Shown here: one piece after another, positions 1 through 12,891 of the stretch | How positions within the stretch are numbered: position 1 is the first letter of the stretch | Layout: each line of letters opens with the position of its first letter | Source: Gammaproteobacteria bacterium | Lineage (GTDB): Bacteria > Pseudomonadota > Gammaproteobacteria > Ga0077554 > Ga007554 | Direction of reading: 5' to 3' | DNA length: 64,000 bases | Assembly (NCBI GenBank): GCA_040183005.1 | Contig: JAMPIW010000009.1 | Coordinates: 50,876 to 114,875 of the forward strand | The notes under the pieces: model-generated | Database searches by the model: none | What the model saw: only the letters and a program-made list of their open reading frames with translations | What the model was told of the DNA's origin: nothing | Program-made: the position numbers and the translations under genes

Positions 1-624
1 TCGATGATGCTGATCGTGATCTCCGGGCTCAACGTAGGCATGGTGCTGGGCCTGCAAGGCTATAATACCCTGGTGGATTTTGGCTCCGAGGAATCCTTAG
101 GCCAGTTGGTTGCCCTGTCACTGGTGCGTGAATTGGGGCCGGTTGTGGCGGCGTTGCTGTTCGCCGGGCGCGCCGGCTCAGCATTGACCGCTGAGATCGG
201 ACTGATGAAGGCCACTGAGCAGCTCTCGGGGATGGAGATGATGGCGGTCGATCCACTCAAGCGTGTGATCGCGCCCCGCTTTGTTGCCAGCATTATTTCC
301 ATGCCGCTGTTGGCCGCAATGTTCAGTGCGGTGGGTGTTCTGGGCGGTTACTTTGTCGGTGTCGGCCTACTCGGTGTGGACAGTGGAGCGTTTTGGTCGC
401 AAATGCAGTCCAAGGTCGATCTGTATGACGACATCCTTAACGGCGTGATCAAGAGTGTTGTGTTCGGTTGTGTGGCGGCCTGGATCGCGGTTTTTGAAGG
501 TTACGACGCAGTACCGAACACGGAAGGTGTGAGCCGCGCTACCACCCGCACCGTGGTGCATACGGCGTTTGCCGTGCTGGGGCTGGATTTCATATTAACC
601 GCGCTGATGTTTGGGGACGAATAA
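1..624 (+). CDS. mlaE: Phospholipid ABC transporter permease MlaE, 5' end outside window
   Basis: ORF 4-624 (206 aa) has no in-window start, is hydrophobic and permease-like, and lies directly upstream of an mce-domain gene as in mlaFEDCB. Confidence 0.8.
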   Translation, partial: SMMLIVISGLNVGMVLGLQGYNTLVDFGSEESLGQLVALSLVRELGPVVAALLFAGRAGSALTAEIGLMKATEQLSGMEMMAVDPLKRVIAPRFVASIISMPLLAAMFSAVGVLGGYFVGVGLLGVDSGAFWSQMQSKVDLYDDILNGVIKSVVFGCVAAWIAVFEGYDAVPNTEGVSRATTRTVVHTAFAVLGLDFILTALMFGDE

Positions 625-625
625 G

Positions 626-1120
626 ATGATGCAGAAAAGAACCATGGAAATCGGAGTGGGCGTGTTCGTTGCGGTGGGCATTGCCGCACTGGTGATGCTG
701 GCCATGAAGGTCAGCAATCTGGCCGCTTTTGCCAACCAGCAGGGCTACGAAGTCACTGCCCGGTTCGACAATATCGGCGGGTTAAAGGAGCGCTCGGCGG
801 TAACGGTGGCGGGTGTGCGCATTGGCCGGGTGAAGTCGATCGTGTTCGACGACAAGGACTATGAGGCCGTGGTCACGATGAACATCGAATCCCAGCATGA
901 CCGGTTGCCCGCCGATACCTCGGCAAGCATTTTAACCGCAGGGCTGCTGGGCGAGCAATATGTGGCGCTGGAGCCGGGTGGCGACGAAGCCTTCCTGAAG
1001 CCGGGTGGAGACATCAAACTTACCCAGTCGGCGATCATTCTGGAAAAGATGGTGGGTCAGTTCTTGTTTGACAAGGCTGCCGGTGGTGATGGGAAAAAAG
1101 AAGAAGGAGCCGTGCCGTGA
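626..1120 (+). CDS. mlaD: MlaD (mce-domain periplasmic substrate-binding component)
   Basis: N-terminal TM helix followed by an mce-like domain (GGLKERSAVTVAGVRIGRV). ATG at 626 preferred over the TTG at 611 in the track. Confidence 0.8.
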   Translation: MMQKRTMEIGVGVFVAVGIAALVMLAMKVSNLAAFANQQGYEVTARFDNIGGLKERSAVTVAGVRIGRVKSIVFDDKDYEAVVTMNIESQHDRLPADTSASILTAGLLGEQYVALEPGGDEAFLKPGGDIKLTQSAIILEKMVGQFLFDKAAGGDGKKEEGAVP

Positions 1121-2493
1121 TGCGGGCCGGGTTGGCGGGACTGGCGGGATTGCTGGCGTGTGCCAATGTGAATGTGGCTGCGGCAGCGGAAACCGTGCCG
1201 CTGACACTGGAGCAGGCAACGGCACGTGCCTTGCAAACGGACCCGCGCGTCACCGAACGCCAGCGCCTTGTCGATGCCGCGCAAGCATTGCTTACAGAGG
1301 TGAACGGCAACGAGGGCTGGCGGTTTGACGCCAATACCTTTCTTGCGGTGTCACCGGGCGCTAACGGCAATATATTCAAGGGCGGCGACTGCGCCCCCGG
1401 TAGCTGCACCCTGCGCACCGATAGATATGAGTTGAGCAATGGCTTTTCGCCCTGGGTCAATTTGCAGATGACCATTCTCAAACCCCTGTACACCTTCGGC
1501 AAAGTCGAAAATTACGCTGCTGCCGCGCGCGCCAATATCGAAGTCAAGGACAACGATGTGCGCCTGCAACGCGCCACGACAGTGCTGGATGTAAAGCGTG
1601 CCTACTATGGTTATCTGGCGGCGCGTGACGCACGGCTGTTTCTGACAGATGTTAAGGAGCGCGTTGCCAAGACCATCGATCTCGCCAAGAGATTGCTGGA
1701 TGAGGGGCAGGGCGATATCAGGCAGGCCGATATATTCGCGCTCCAGACTGCGCATTCGCTGGTGGGCAGATACATAGCCCAAGCCGCAGGCATGGAAAAA
1801 GTCGCCAACGATGGGTTGAAGGTGCTCACCGGCGTAGCTGCTCATGATGAGATTCAGCTTGCCGACGACGCCTTGGCCCCGGTGCTGTTGCCTGAAGCCA
1901 AATTGCCCGACCTTCAGGGTCAGGCTTTGGCCAATCGGCCTGAGATGAAGCAGGTGGATGCAGGCTTGCGCGCGCGCCGCTCCCTGGTGGAGGCGCGCCA
2001 GGCAGACAAGTTACCGAACGTGTATGCCGGTGTGGCGGGGGTACTTTCTTATTCTCCTAACCGTGACAATCTCAAAAACCCGTACATCTATGATCCTTTC
2101 AACACCGCTGGTTTGACGCCGATGATCGGTCTCCAGTGGGCTTGGCAGCCGCGAGCGCAGGACGCGAAAGTTGCACAAGAGCAGGCGGAGTTGAATGCGT
2201 TGCTCGCCAAGTCGGATTTTGCCCGGCGCGGTATTCCATTCCAGGTGGCGGAGCAGTATCACCAGATGCAGGCGGATTATACGGCCGTGCGGGAGTTGAG
2301 TGAAGGCAGTCGCAATGCGCGGCGCTGGATGATCGGGCGTTATGCGGACTTTGAGGCCGGCCTTGAAACGGCGGACCGGGTCATCGCCGCCTTCCAGGGG
2401 TATGTGTTGGCACAGACCGACTATATCAAGACAGTATATGATTACAACATGCATGTGGCACAATTGCGCAATGTAACCGGAGCGGATGAATGA
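1117..2493 (+). CDS. TolC/OEP-family outer membrane efflux protein
   Basis: 458 aa with signal peptide, then the typical OEP N-terminus LTLEQATARALQTDPRV and coiled-coil-like repeats. Start overlaps the mlaD stop by 4 nt. Confidence 0.65.
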   Translation: MMRAGLAGLAGLLACANVNVAAAAETVPLTLEQATARALQTDPRVTERQRLVDAAQALLTEVNGNEGWRFDANTFLAVSPGANGNIFKGGDCAPGSCTLRTDRYELSNGFSPWVNLQMTILKPLYTFGKVENYAAAARANIEVKDNDVRLQRATTVLDVKRAYYGYLAARDARLFLTDVKERVAKTIDLAKRLLDEGQGDIRQADIFALQTAHSLVGRYIAQAAGMEKVANDGLKVLTGVAAHDEIQLADDALAPVLLPEAKLPDLQGQALANRPEMKQVDAGLRARRSLVEARQADKLPNVYAGVAGVLSYSPNRDNLKNPYIYDPFNTAGLTPMIGLQWAWQPRAQDAKVAQEQAELNALLAKSDFARRGIPFQVAEQYHQMQADYTAVRELSEGSRNARRWMIGRYADFEAGLETADRVIAAFQGYVLAQTDYIKTVYDYNMHVAQLRNVTGADE

Positions 2494-3119
2494 GAAAATT
2501 AATTGTTGTTATGATGTTGCTAGGTATGGTGGGGTTTGTGCCAGCGGGCATAAGCGCCAACGTGCCTCAGTCGCCGCCGGACATGGTGAAACAAACCGCC
2601 GACAGCATGCTTGCCAAGCTTAAAGACGAGCGGACGGTGATACGTAAGGATCCAAGCCGGATTTACGACTTGGTCAGCAGTATCGTTCTGCCGCACTTCG
2701 ACTTTGAGCGTATGTCTTCATGGGTACTGGGTAAGCATTGGCGCACCGCCACTCCGGCGCAGAAAAAGCGCTTCAGCGAGGAATTCCGCAATCTGCTGGT
2801 GCGTACCTATGCTGCCTCGTTGACTGAATATACAGATCGCAAGATTAACTACCTGCCATTTCGCTCCGACCCTAAGGATACCGAGGTGGTGGTGCGTACT
2901 GAGGTGGCACAGCCGGGCGCCGCGCCGATCCCTATCGATTACCGGCTTGCCCTCACTGGTGACGAGTGGAAGGTGTACGATGTCTCCATCGACAGCGTCA
3001 GTCTGGTGACAAACTACCGCACTACATTTTCCAATCAAATCCGGCAAGAAGGGCTGGACAAACTTATCGAAAAACTCGCTGCGCGCAACGAGAAATCCAG
3101 CGCCCCTTCCGCCAAATGA
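2490..3119 (+). CDS. mlaC: MlaC (Ttg2D-family periplasmic phospholipid-binding protein)
   Basis: 209 aa with signal peptide and toluene-tolerance Ttg2D-like sequence. Overlaps the upstream stop by 4 nt. Confidence 0.8.
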   Translation: MRKLIVVMMLLGMVGFVPAGISANVPQSPPDMVKQTADSMLAKLKDERTVIRKDPSRIYDLVSSIVLPHFDFERMSSWVLGKHWRTATPAQKKRFSEEFRNLLVRTYAASLTEYTDRKINYLPFRSDPKDTEVVVRTEVAQPGAAPIPIDYRLALTGDEWKVYDVSIDSVSLVTNYRTTFSNQIRQEGLDKLIEKLAARNEKSSAPSAK

Positions 3120-3415
3120 GCGACGTTGAGATCAAACCGTTAGGGGATGGCAATTTTTTTCTGTCCGGCGTGCTGACCTTCGACACCGTACCCGCCCTGT
3201 GGCGCCAGAGCGCCGCGCAGTTTAACAATGCTGATGCACTTACGCTGGACTTGCAGGGGATTACTCATACCGATAGCGCCGGTCTTGCCCTGCTCATAGA
3301 GTGGATGCGTGCCGCCCACAGCCGGAACAAAACCATTGCCTTCAGAAATATCCCTCCCCAAATGCTGGCTATCGCCAAAGTCAGTGGCGTGGAGCAGATC
3401 CTCCCGCTTTTGTAG
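3116..3415 (+). CDS. mlaB: MlaB (STAS-domain protein)
   Basis: About 99 aa STAS-like sequence (LTLDLQGITHTDSAGLALLIEW). ATG at 3116 overlaps the mlaC stop. Confidence 0.65.
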   Translation: MSDVEIKPLGDGNFFLSGVLTFDTVPALWRQSAAQFNNADALTLDLQGITHTDSAGLALLIEWMRAAHSRNKTIAFRNIPPQMLAIAKVSGVEQILPLL

Positions 3416-3471
3416 CGGTGTGGGGGGTTATTAAGTTCCAGGTTCAACGCCATGCTCTTTATATGTTTGAT

Positions 3472-4792
3472 CAGAAGTGTCCGGTAATTTAATTGAATAG
3501 ATTCAATTGGTTATTGTCTTTCTGCATGCTCATTTGCGTCTCCGCATTTTTAAGTAATTGATCGAGTGGCGTTTTCTCGAAAAGAGTCAGGCTCAAAATC
3601 TGTAGGATTGTGTAAAGCGAAGCCTCGGTATTGAGCCGCTTTTTCACGATGGCGACCAAGACGTAAACCGCGATGGCGATCCATATTTGCGTCTTGACTG
3701 CATTCTCGGTGGTGCCATAGAACCGCTTGATTCGAAGATGCTGTTTGATCCACTTGAAGAATAGCTCGACCTGCCAGCGGCAACGATAAAGCTGAGCGAT
3801 GGTCAGCGCAGGCAGGTCGAAGTTGTTGGTCAGAAAGACCAGAAACCTGTCGTGTTCGGCATCGTAGAACTTGATGCGTCGCAGGTGCTGCGGGTAATCC
3901 TTGCTGGCCTTGCGAGCAGTCAATGCAATGGTCTGGTCGCAGCGCAGTCCAGTGGACTTGTCCACGGTGCGAGAGTAGACGCGACGAAAGAGCAGATTGG
4001 ATTTGCCACGGATGACAAAGAACGCCTGTGCTTGATGCAGGGTGAACCAGCGAGCGAAGTCGGTGAAGCCACGATCCATGATGTAAAAGCTGCCGGCTTC
4101 GGGTATCAGGATATCGAGCACATTGACCTCGTGCATCTTGCCATCGCTGATGTGGATGAAGGTTGGAATGTTGCCGCGCAGGTCGAGCAGCGTATGCATC
4201 TTGACGGCAGCTTTGGTGGAGCGGAAGCGTGCCCACGGAAAGACGCTCAAGCACAGGTCGATGGTCGTGGTATCGAGTGCGTAGACCGTCTGTTCCAGTT
4301 CGACCGCAAAGCTGTCGCTGGCGTAAAGCTTTCTGGCGGTCTGGATTAAGCTCATCGCGAAATCCGCGTAGATGCGACAGTCGCGTTGCTCGTTGGCATC
4401 GGCCAGCGTGCTCTTGGCGATGTTGCCTCGTATGCCCAAGTGATAGAGCTTGGCTTGGTGGGCGCGCAGACAGGTTTCGATGTCGCGCAGGCTTTCGCGG
4501 TAAGTCAGCTGCGCGAACGCCATGCAGAGAAATTGATCGAGATGCGAAAAAGTCTTGGTGGGATATTTGGAAGGGTAGCGCTGCACGCAGCGACGGAATG
4601 TGTGAAGGGGCAAATGCTCCATGAGTTGTGCGAACACCAACTGGCCTGAATACATGACGGAAACTCCTGGGGGGAAAGCCCCAGTTTCCCAAAAAATTCA
4701 CGTTCAAGTCGGTGACACCCCTAAACACACACTTTCCTATTCAACATCATCATGTTATATAGCCGTCTTTGCGAAATTGCCGGACACTTCTG
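3472..4792 (-). mobile_element. IS4-family insertion sequence, copy 1 (1321 bp)
   Basis: 17-bp terminal inverted repeats CAGAAGTGTCCGG.../...CCGGACACTTCTG. Flanked by the 9-bp direct repeat ATGTTTGAT at 3463-3471 and 4793-4801. Nearly identical to the copy at 60763-62083. Confidence 0.85.
3489..4655 (-). CDS. IS4-family DDE transposase (DUF4372-type N-terminus)
   Basis: 388-aa ORF with N-terminus MYSGQLVFAQLMEHL...DQFLCMAFAQLTYRESLRDIE typical of IS4/DUF4372 transposases. Identical to the second copy except one residue. Confidence 0.85.
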   Translation of the reverse strand: MYSGQLVFAQLMEHLPLHTFRRCVQRYPSKYPTKTFSHLDQFLCMAFAQLTYRESLRDIETCLRAHQAKLYHLGIRGNIAKSTLADANEQRDCRIYADFAMSLIQTARKLYASDSFAVELEQTVYALDTTTIDLCLSVFPWARFRSTKAAVKMHTLLDLRGNIPTFIHISDGKMHEVNVLDILIPEAGSFYIMDRGFTDFARWFTLHQAQAFFVIRGKSNLLFRRVYSRTVDKSTGLRCDQTIALTARKASKDYPQHLRRIKFYDAEHDRFLVFLTNNFDLPALTIAQLYRCRWQVELFFKWIKQHLRIKRFYGTTENAVKTQIWIAIAVYVLVAIVKKRLNTEASLYTILQILSLTLFEKTPLDQLLKNAETQMSMQKDNNQLNLFN

Positions 4793-4841
4793 ATGTTTGA
4801 TACAATAATCAAAATTGGTATACGAAAGCAGAGGGCTTCAA

Positions 4842-5087
4842 ATGCAGGCAGAGGATATCAAACGTCTTATTGAAGCGGGGTTGCCCGATTGCCAGGCACA
4901 GGTTAAGGGTGATGACGGCGTCCACTTTGAGGCGGTGATCGTTTCGGGCGCGTTCGAGGGCAAGGGTATGCTTGCTCAGCATAAGATGGTCTATGCCACG
5001 CTGGGTGACCTCATGCATTCGGCGATTCACGCCTTGTCCATGCGCACGTATACCCCACAGGAGTGGGAAAAGATACGAACGCAGTGA
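4842..5087 (+). CDS. ibaG: BolA-family protein IbaG/YrbA
   Basis: BolA-like sequence about 81 aa from the ATG at 4842 with an AGAGGG RBS. Conserved position between mlaB and murA. Confidence 0.75.
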   Translation: MQAEDIKRLIEAGLPDCQAQVKGDDGVHFEAVIVSGAFEGKGMLAQHKMVYATLGDLMHSAIHALSMRTYTPQEWEKIRTQ

Positions 5088-5153
5088 TGAGGCGTGGCTC
5101 CGGCAACAGCCGGAGTGAATTTACTACCTACCTATCTTGTTATGACTCTTTAA

Positions 5154-6425
<1,272 letters not shown>

Positions 6426-6546
6426 CAAATTATTACCCTCACCCCAACCCTCCCGCAGACAGGAGAGGAGGAGCGCGTATCATCTGTTTCTGTTATTGTG
6501 CGAATTTTAAAGATCGAATCGACTGATCCCTAAGCCCCGGCACCTT

Positions 6547-7197
6547 ATGAACACCACACTCACCATCGCTCTCTCCAAGGGGCGCATCTTCAAAGAGACG
6601 CTGCCGTTGCTCGCGCATGCCGGCATCGTGCCGGTCGATGATCCCGACACCAGCCGCAAACTCATTCTCGACACCAACCATCCCGAGATCAAACTCGTGA
6701 TCATTCGTGCTTCCGACGTGCCGACCTATGTGGAATACGGCGCCGCCGATGTGGGCGTGGCGGGCAAGGACGTATTGATGGAGCATGGCGGTGATGGCTT
6801 GTACGAGCCGCTGGATCTGAAAATCGCGTGCTGCCGGTTGATGCTGGCGGGTCCCGCATCGGGGAAAAATAGCGAGGCGCGCATGCGTATCGCCACCAAA
6901 TATGTCGCCTCCACGCGGCGTTATTTCGCCGCACAGGGCAAGCAGGTGGAGATCATCAAGCTCTATGGCTCGATGGAACTCGCGCCGCTGGTGGGGCTGG
7001 CGGATCGCATCGTCGATGTGGTGGACACCGGCAATACGCTGCGGGCCAATGGCCTGGAGCCGCTTGAGCATATCGCCGACATCAGCTCGCGCCTCATCGT
7101 CAACAAGGCATCCATGAAGATGAAGCATGCCGCAGTTAAAACCTTGATCGAGCGTATTGGAGAGGCGGTCGCCGCCAAAGAAAAAAAGAGGGTGTGA
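6547..7197 (+). CDS. hisG: ATP phosphoribosyltransferase (short form)
   Basis: 216 aa with the HisG-short N-terminus [13 protein letters not shown]. Confidence 0.9.
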   Translation: MNTTLTIALSKGRIFKETLPLLAHAGIVPVDDPDTSRKLILDTNHPEIKLVIIRASDVPTYVEYGAADVGVAGKDVLMEHGGDGLYEPLDLKIACCRLMLAGPASGKNSEARMRIATKYVASTRRYFAAQGKQVEIIKLYGSMELAPLVGLADRIVDVVDTGNTLRANGLEPLEHIADISSRLIVNKASMKMKHAAVKTLIERIGEAVAAKEKKRV

Positions 7198-7200
7198 GCC

Positions 7201-8505
7201 ATGGTTGATATCCAGAGATTGAATACAACACAAGCGGAATTCTGGACGCAGCTCGAGCAGCGCCTGGCCTGGGAGAGCGTCTCCGATGAGGCGGTAACAC
7301 GCACCGTGCGTGACATTCTGTCCGATGTGCGTATGCGAGGCGATGCAGCGGTGATTGAATACACCAACCGCTTCGACCGGATGAGCGTGGCACACTTTGA
7401 TGAGCTGGAGATACCGCAGTCAAGCTTGCGGCAGGCATTGGGGAGAATCCCCGGCGCACAGCGCGAGGCGCTGGAGTTTGCCGTCTCCCGGCTGCGCGCC
7501 TACCATGCGCATCAAAAGCAGGAATCGTGGTCGTATACCGAAGCCGATGGCACTGTGCTCGGCCAGCAGGTGACGGCATTGGAGCGCGTCGGACTGTATG
7601 TGCCCGGCGGCAAGGCGACTTATCCTTCCTCTGTGTTGATGAACGCCATTCCCGCCAAGGTGGCCGGCGTGTCGGAGCTGATCATGGTGGTGCCCACGCC
7701 GGATGGTCAGGTGAATGATCTGGTGCTGGCGGCGGCGGCGATTGTTGGTGTGGACCATGTGTTTGCCATTGGCGGTGCGCAGGCGGTGGCGGCGCTCGCC
7801 TATGGCACGCAAAGCGTACCGCAGGTGGACAAGATCGTTGGTCCGGGCAACATCTATGTCGCCACTGCCAAGGGCATGGTGTTCGGCACGGTGGGTATCG
7901 ACATGATTGCCGGTCCCTCGGAGATCCTGGTGATCTGCGATGGCCTCACGGACCCGGACTGGATCGCCATGGATCTGTTTTCGCAGGCCGAGCATGACGA
8001 GGATGCGCAATCGATCCTGGTGTGTCCCGATGCCACCTATCTTGATCAGGTGCAGACCAGCATCAACCGCCTGCTGCCGACCATGGAGCGCGCCGCCGTG
8101 ATTGAAAAGTCACTCGCCTCGCGCGGCGCGATGATTCTCGTGCGCGATTTGGACGAGGCTGTTGCCGTCGCCAACTTCATCGCCCCTGAACATCTGGAAC
8201 TGTCAGTAGCGGACCCTCAGGCGATGGCTGCGCATATCCGCCATGCCGGGGCAATTTTCATGGGGCGCTATACCGCTGAGGCGGTGGGTGACTATTGCGC
8301 GGGCCCCAACCACGTGCTGCCCACCTCGCGCACGGCGCGGTTCTCCTCACCGCTTGGGGTATATGATTTCCAGAAGCGCTCCAGCCTGATCATGTGTTCG
8401 GCGCAGGGCGCGTCTGATCTGGGCAAAACAGCGTCGCTGCTGGCGCGCGGCGAAGGCCTCACAGCCCATGCGCGTTCGGCGGAATACCGGATCACCTCGA
8501 AATGA
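7201..8505 (+). CDS. hisD: Histidinol dehydrogenase
   Basis: 434 aa with HisD motifs. Next gene in his-operon order. Confidence 0.95.
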   Translation: MVDIQRLNTTQAEFWTQLEQRLAWESVSDEAVTRTVRDILSDVRMRGDAAVIEYTNRFDRMSVAHFDELEIPQSSLRQALGRIPGAQREALEFAVSRLRAYHAHQKQESWSYTEADGTVLGQQVTALERVGLYVPGGKATYPSSVLMNAIPAKVAGVSELIMVVPTPDGQVNDLVLAAAAIVGVDHVFAIGGAQAVAALAYGTQSVPQVDKIVGPGNIYVATAKGMVFGTVGIDMIAGPSEILVICDGLTDPDWIAMDLFSQAEHDEDAQSILVCPDATYLDQVQTSINRLLPTMERAAVIEKSLASRGAMILVRDLDEAVAVANFIAPEHLELSVADPQAMAAHIRHAGAIFMGRYTAEAVGDYCAGPNHVLPTSRTARFSSPLGVYDFQKRSSLIMCSAQGASDLGKTASLLARGEGLTAHARSAEYRITSK

Positions 8506-9629
8506 GCGCAAAACCTGCCGTGAGCGGTGACCAGGAGTTGGGGGGCGGTATGACATCAGATCGCGTAAGCCAATGGATACGCCCGCAGATCCGTGCCTTG
8601 TCGGCCTATCATGTGCCTGATCCGGGGAACCTGATCAAGCTCGATGCCATGGAGAATCCTTATACCTGGCCGCAGCCGCTGGTTGATGAATGGCTGGAGA
8701 CGTTGCGTCATGCCAGCCTCAACCGCTATCCCGATCCCCAGGCGCAGATTCTCAAGGCGCGCCTGTGCGAGGTGTTGGATATACCGCAAGGGATGGATAT
8801 CCTGCTTGGCAACGGCTCGGATGAGCTGATCCAGATGATTGCCATGGCGGTGGCTGCACCAGGGCGTACTGTGCTGTCGCCAGAACCCAGCTTTTCCATG
8901 TACCGCATGATTGCCGCCTTCACCGGATTTGAGTACATCAGCGTGCCGCTGAATGCGGGCGATTTCAGCCTGGATATGCCGGCAATGCGCGACGCGATAG
9001 CCCGCCATCAGCCCGCCGTGGTGTTTTTGTCTTATCCCAACAATCCCAGCGGTAATTTGTGGAATGCCGACGAGTTGTGCGAGCTAATCGCCGCCGCGCC
9101 TGGCTTGGTGGTCGTGGACGAGGCCTATAACGCCTTCGCTGATGGCACATTCATGCCGCGTCTGGCGGACTTTGACAATCTGCTGGTGCTGCGCACCCTG
9201 TCCAAAATGGGCCTGGCTGGCTTGCGCCTGGGCGTGCTGGCCGGAGCCAAAGCATGGCTGGACGAGTTTGACAAGATACGTCTGCCGTACAATATCGGCG
9301 TACTGACGCAGACGAGCGCGGAGTTTGCCTTGCGCCATTATGATGTGCTCGAAGCCCAGGCTGCGCAGATCCGCGCCGACCGCGAACAGCTTCTGGCGCG
9401 GATGCGCGCCCTGAACGGCATCACCGCCTATCCCAGCCGCGCCAATTTTATCCTGTTCCGCGTGCCCGCCGGTCGCGCACCAGAGATATTCGCGGCGATC
9501 AAGGCGGACGGCGTACTGATCAAAAGCATGCACGGCGCAAGTCCGCTGCTCAACGACTGCCTGCGGGTGACGGTGGGCACGCCGCAAGAGAATGAGGCAT
9601 TTCTGGCAGCGTTGGCCAAGGCGCTTTGA
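8502..9629 (+). CDS. hisC: Histidinol-phosphate aminotransferase
   Basis: 375 aa class-II aminotransferase. Overlaps the hisD stop. Confidence 0.9.
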   Translation: MSAKPAVSGDQELGGGMTSDRVSQWIRPQIRALSAYHVPDPGNLIKLDAMENPYTWPQPLVDEWLETLRHASLNRYPDPQAQILKARLCEVLDIPQGMDILLGNGSDELIQMIAMAVAAPGRTVLSPEPSFSMYRMIAAFTGFEYISVPLNAGDFSLDMPAMRDAIARHQPAVVFLSYPNNPSGNLWNADELCELIAAAPGLVVVDEAYNAFADGTFMPRLADFDNLLVLRTLSKMGLAGLRLGVLAGAKAWLDEFDKIRLPYNIGVLTQTSAEFALRHYDVLEAQAAQIRADREQLLARMRALNGITAYPSRANFILFRVPAGRAPEIFAAIKADGVLIKSMHGASPLLNDCLRVTVGTPQENEAFLAALAKAL

Positions 9630-9712
9630 TGTTTGTCACAGAGGCGCAGAGATTACAGAGAAAACTTTTGAATTCATCTGTGGCATGAAGAAATAGATAC
9701 CGGAGAAGATCA

Positions 9713-10306
9713 ATGACCGACCGCAAGGCTACTGTCAAACGCGACACGTTGGAGACCCGCATCGAGGCGACGGTAAACCTGGATGGCACAGGCGCGTCGC
9801 ATTTTCAGACCGGCGTGCCGTTCCTCGACCACATGATGGATCAGATCGCGCGGCATGGCATGATTGACATCGACATCCAGGCCGAGGGTGATCTGCATAT
9901 TGATGCCCACCACACTGCTGAGGATATCGGCATTACACTGGGCCAAGCGGTAGCCAAAGCCGTAGGTGACAAGCGTGGCATTCGCCGTTACGGCCATGCC
10001 TACGTGCCGCTCGACGAGGCGTTGTCTCGCGTGGTCATCGATTTTTCCGGCCGCCCCGGCCTGGAATATCACATTGATTTTCCCCGCGCGCGCATCGGCG
10101 ACTTCGACGTCGATTTGTTTCGTGAGTTTTTTCAGGGCTTCGTCAACCATGCCCAGGTGAGCTTGCACATCGACAATCTCCGCGGCCGCAACGCCCATCA
10201 CATTGCCGAAACCGTGTTCAAGGCCTTCGGCCGTGCCGTGCGCATGGCGCTTGAGCTGGACCCGCGCATGCAGGGCATAATGCCGTCCACCAAGGGGAGT
10301 CTGTGA
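9713..10306 (+). CDS. hisB: Imidazoleglycerol-phosphate dehydratase
   Basis: 197 aa with IGPD metal-binding histidines ([12 protein letters not shown]). Confidence 0.9.
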   Translation: MTDRKATVKRDTLETRIEATVNLDGTGASHFQTGVPFLDHMMDQIARHGMIDIDIQAEGDLHIDAHHTAEDIGITLGQAVAKAVGDKRGIRRYGHAYVPLDEALSRVVIDFSGRPGLEYHIDFPRARIGDFDVDLFREFFQGFVNHAQVSLHIDNLRGRNAHHIAETVFKAFGRAVRMALELDPRMQGIMPSTKGSL

Positions 10307-10481
10307 CCACCCCGAGCCAAAATGTAGGGTGGGTTAGCGTTTTTTGCGTAACCCGCCAAGCGTTGCGCAGCAACACGACGCATTGTTCAATGAGCGCCCC
10401 TTGTGCCCTTCGGATAAACTCAACCTATGTTTGGTATAAGTAAGTGCAGTTCGAGTCTATGACCACTCCGAGTTATCCTGC

Positions 10482-11132
10482 ATGACCACCGTTGCAGTCA
10501 TTGATTACGGCATGGGTAATCTGCGTTCCGTTGCCAAAGCGCTGGAACACGTTGCCAGTGCGGGTACAACGGTAGAGGTTACTGCCTCGCCAGAGCGCAT
10601 CCTGCAGGCCGACTGCGTGGTTTTCCCTGGGCAGGGTGCGGCACGCGATTGCATGGCAGAGCTCACGCAGCGCGGACTGGTGGATGTGGTAAAAGAGGCC
10701 GTGCGCAGCAAACCGTTTCTTGGAATTTGCATGGGCCTGCAAGTGCTGCTGGAATCCAGCGAGGAAAATGGCGGCACAGTGGGCCTGGGCATTCTGCCGG
10801 GCAGCGTGCGGCGCTTCCCGGATGGCATGGTTGATCCCCAGTCGGGCGACGCGCTGAAGATCCCTCACATGGGCTGGAACCAAGTGCATCAAACAATACC
10901 GCATCCCTTGTGGCAAGGTATACCCCAAGACAACCGTTTTTATTTCGTGCATAGTTACTATGTTGCGCCCACAGAGTCGGACCAGGTCGCGGGTGTTACG
11001 CATTACGGCACCGATTTCGTCTGCGCCATGGCGCGCGGCAATGTCTTTGCAGTGCAATTTCATCCCGAAAAAAGCGCGGGGGCGGGGCTTGCCCTGCTCG
11101 CCAATTTTCTGGATTGGGATGGATGTGTGTAA
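10482..11132 (+). CDS. hisH: Imidazole glycerol phosphate synthase, glutamine amidotransferase subunit
   Basis: 216 aa class-I GATase containing GICMGLQ. Confidence 0.9.
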   Translation: MTTVAVIDYGMGNLRSVAKALEHVASAGTTVEVTASPERILQADCVVFPGQGAARDCMAELTQRGLVDVVKEAVRSKPFLGICMGLQVLLESSEENGGTVGLGILPGSVRRFPDGMVDPQSGDALKIPHMGWNQVHQTIPHPLWQGIPQDNRFYFVHSYYVAPTESDQVAGVTHYGTDFVCAMARGNVFAVQFHPEKSAGAGLALLANFLDWDGCV

Positions 11133-11217
11133 AGTGTGCGGGGCTCTAAGGCTCACCCTGCGAAATTTTGGATAATAAATTTTTTTAAATTTTTTCTGTC
11201 CCCGTGAGGAAGCTATC

Positions 11218-11952
11218 ATGTTGTTGATCCCCGCCATTGACCTGAAAGATGGCAAATGCGTGCGTCTGCGCCAAGGGCGCATGGAAGATGACACCGTCTT
11301 TTCCGATGACCCGCTCGCCGTCGCCGGGCGCTGGGTGGACGCGGGCGCGCGACGTCTGCATCTAGTGGATCTGAATGGCGCCTTCGCCGGTAAGCCGGTT
11401 AATGCCGATATCATCCGGCTCATCGCGCAAACCTACCCCGACGTGCCGATCCAGGTGGGTGGCGGCATTCGCGACGACGACACCATCCAGGCCTATCTGG
11501 ACGCGGGTGTCAGTTACGTGATTCTCGGTACCAAAGCGGTCAACACGCCGCACTTCGTGGGTGATGTGTGCCGCGAGTTCCCCGGCCATATCATCGTCGG
11601 CCTGGACGCCAAAAACGGCAAGGTGGCGATAGATGGCTGGTCCAAACTCTCCAATCACGATGTTATTGATATCGCCCAGCGCTTTGAAAAAGATGGCGTC
11701 GAGGCGATTATCTATACCGATATCGGCCGTGACGGCATGCTGGGTGGCGTGAATATCGAAGCCACTGTCGAACTGGCGCGGGCCATATCGATTCCGGTGA
11801 TCGCCTCCGGCGGCATCACCAACCTGGAAGATATTCGCGCGCTGTGCGCGGTCGCGGAAGAAGGCATCATGGGGGCGATTACCGGCCGCGCCATCTATGA
11901 AGGCACGCTGGATTTTGTCGAAGGACAGAAACTGGCGGACGAGTTGAGCTGA
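11218..11952 (+). CDS. hisA: ProFAR isomerase
   Basis: 244 aa beginning [17 protein letters not shown]. Confidence 0.9.
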   Translation: MLLIPAIDLKDGKCVRLRQGRMEDDTVFSDDPLAVAGRWVDAGARRLHLVDLNGAFAGKPVNADIIRLIAQTYPDVPIQVGGGIRDDDTIQAYLDAGVSYVILGTKAVNTPHFVGDVCREFPGHIIVGLDAKNGKVAIDGWSKLSNHDVIDIAQRFEKDGVEAIIYTDIGRDGMLGGVNIEATVELARAISIPVIASGGITNLEDIRALCAVAEEGIMGAITGRAIYEGTLDFVEGQKLADELS

Positions 11953-11953
11953 C

Positions 11954-12733
<780 letters not shown>

Positions 12734-12891
12734 TCCAAAAAAACCGCGTTCTGTCTGGGGCCGCTGGTGTTGCTCATGCGGGTTTCTCCAGAAAGGAACG
12801 ATCGTGACGGCCCCTTTCTATTCTTCCCCTTGTTAATCTCTGGGTTATGAAGATTAACATCCGGCGCAATAAAGCGTGACGCGCTTTCTTA

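Noticed and set aside
3550-4728. 392-aa ORF overlapping the IS4 transposase in another frame, with an identical copy at 60841-62019
   Set aside because: It lies within the transposase gene on the same strand in an alternative frame. Its Arg/Ser/Pro-rich composition is typical of a spurious GC-rich frame, and the co-directional transposase frame has clear family motifs.
6493-7395. 300-aa antisense ORF across hisG and hisD
   Set aside because: It is antisense to two well-supported his genes. Long open antisense frames are expected at this GC content, and no family resemblance was seen.
10390-10480. Possible tRNA, from a GTTCGAGTC T-arm-like motif
   Set aside because: No acceptor-stem complementarity and no CCA-proximal pairing around the motif. 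The surrounding sequence does not fold as a cloverleaf by inspection.
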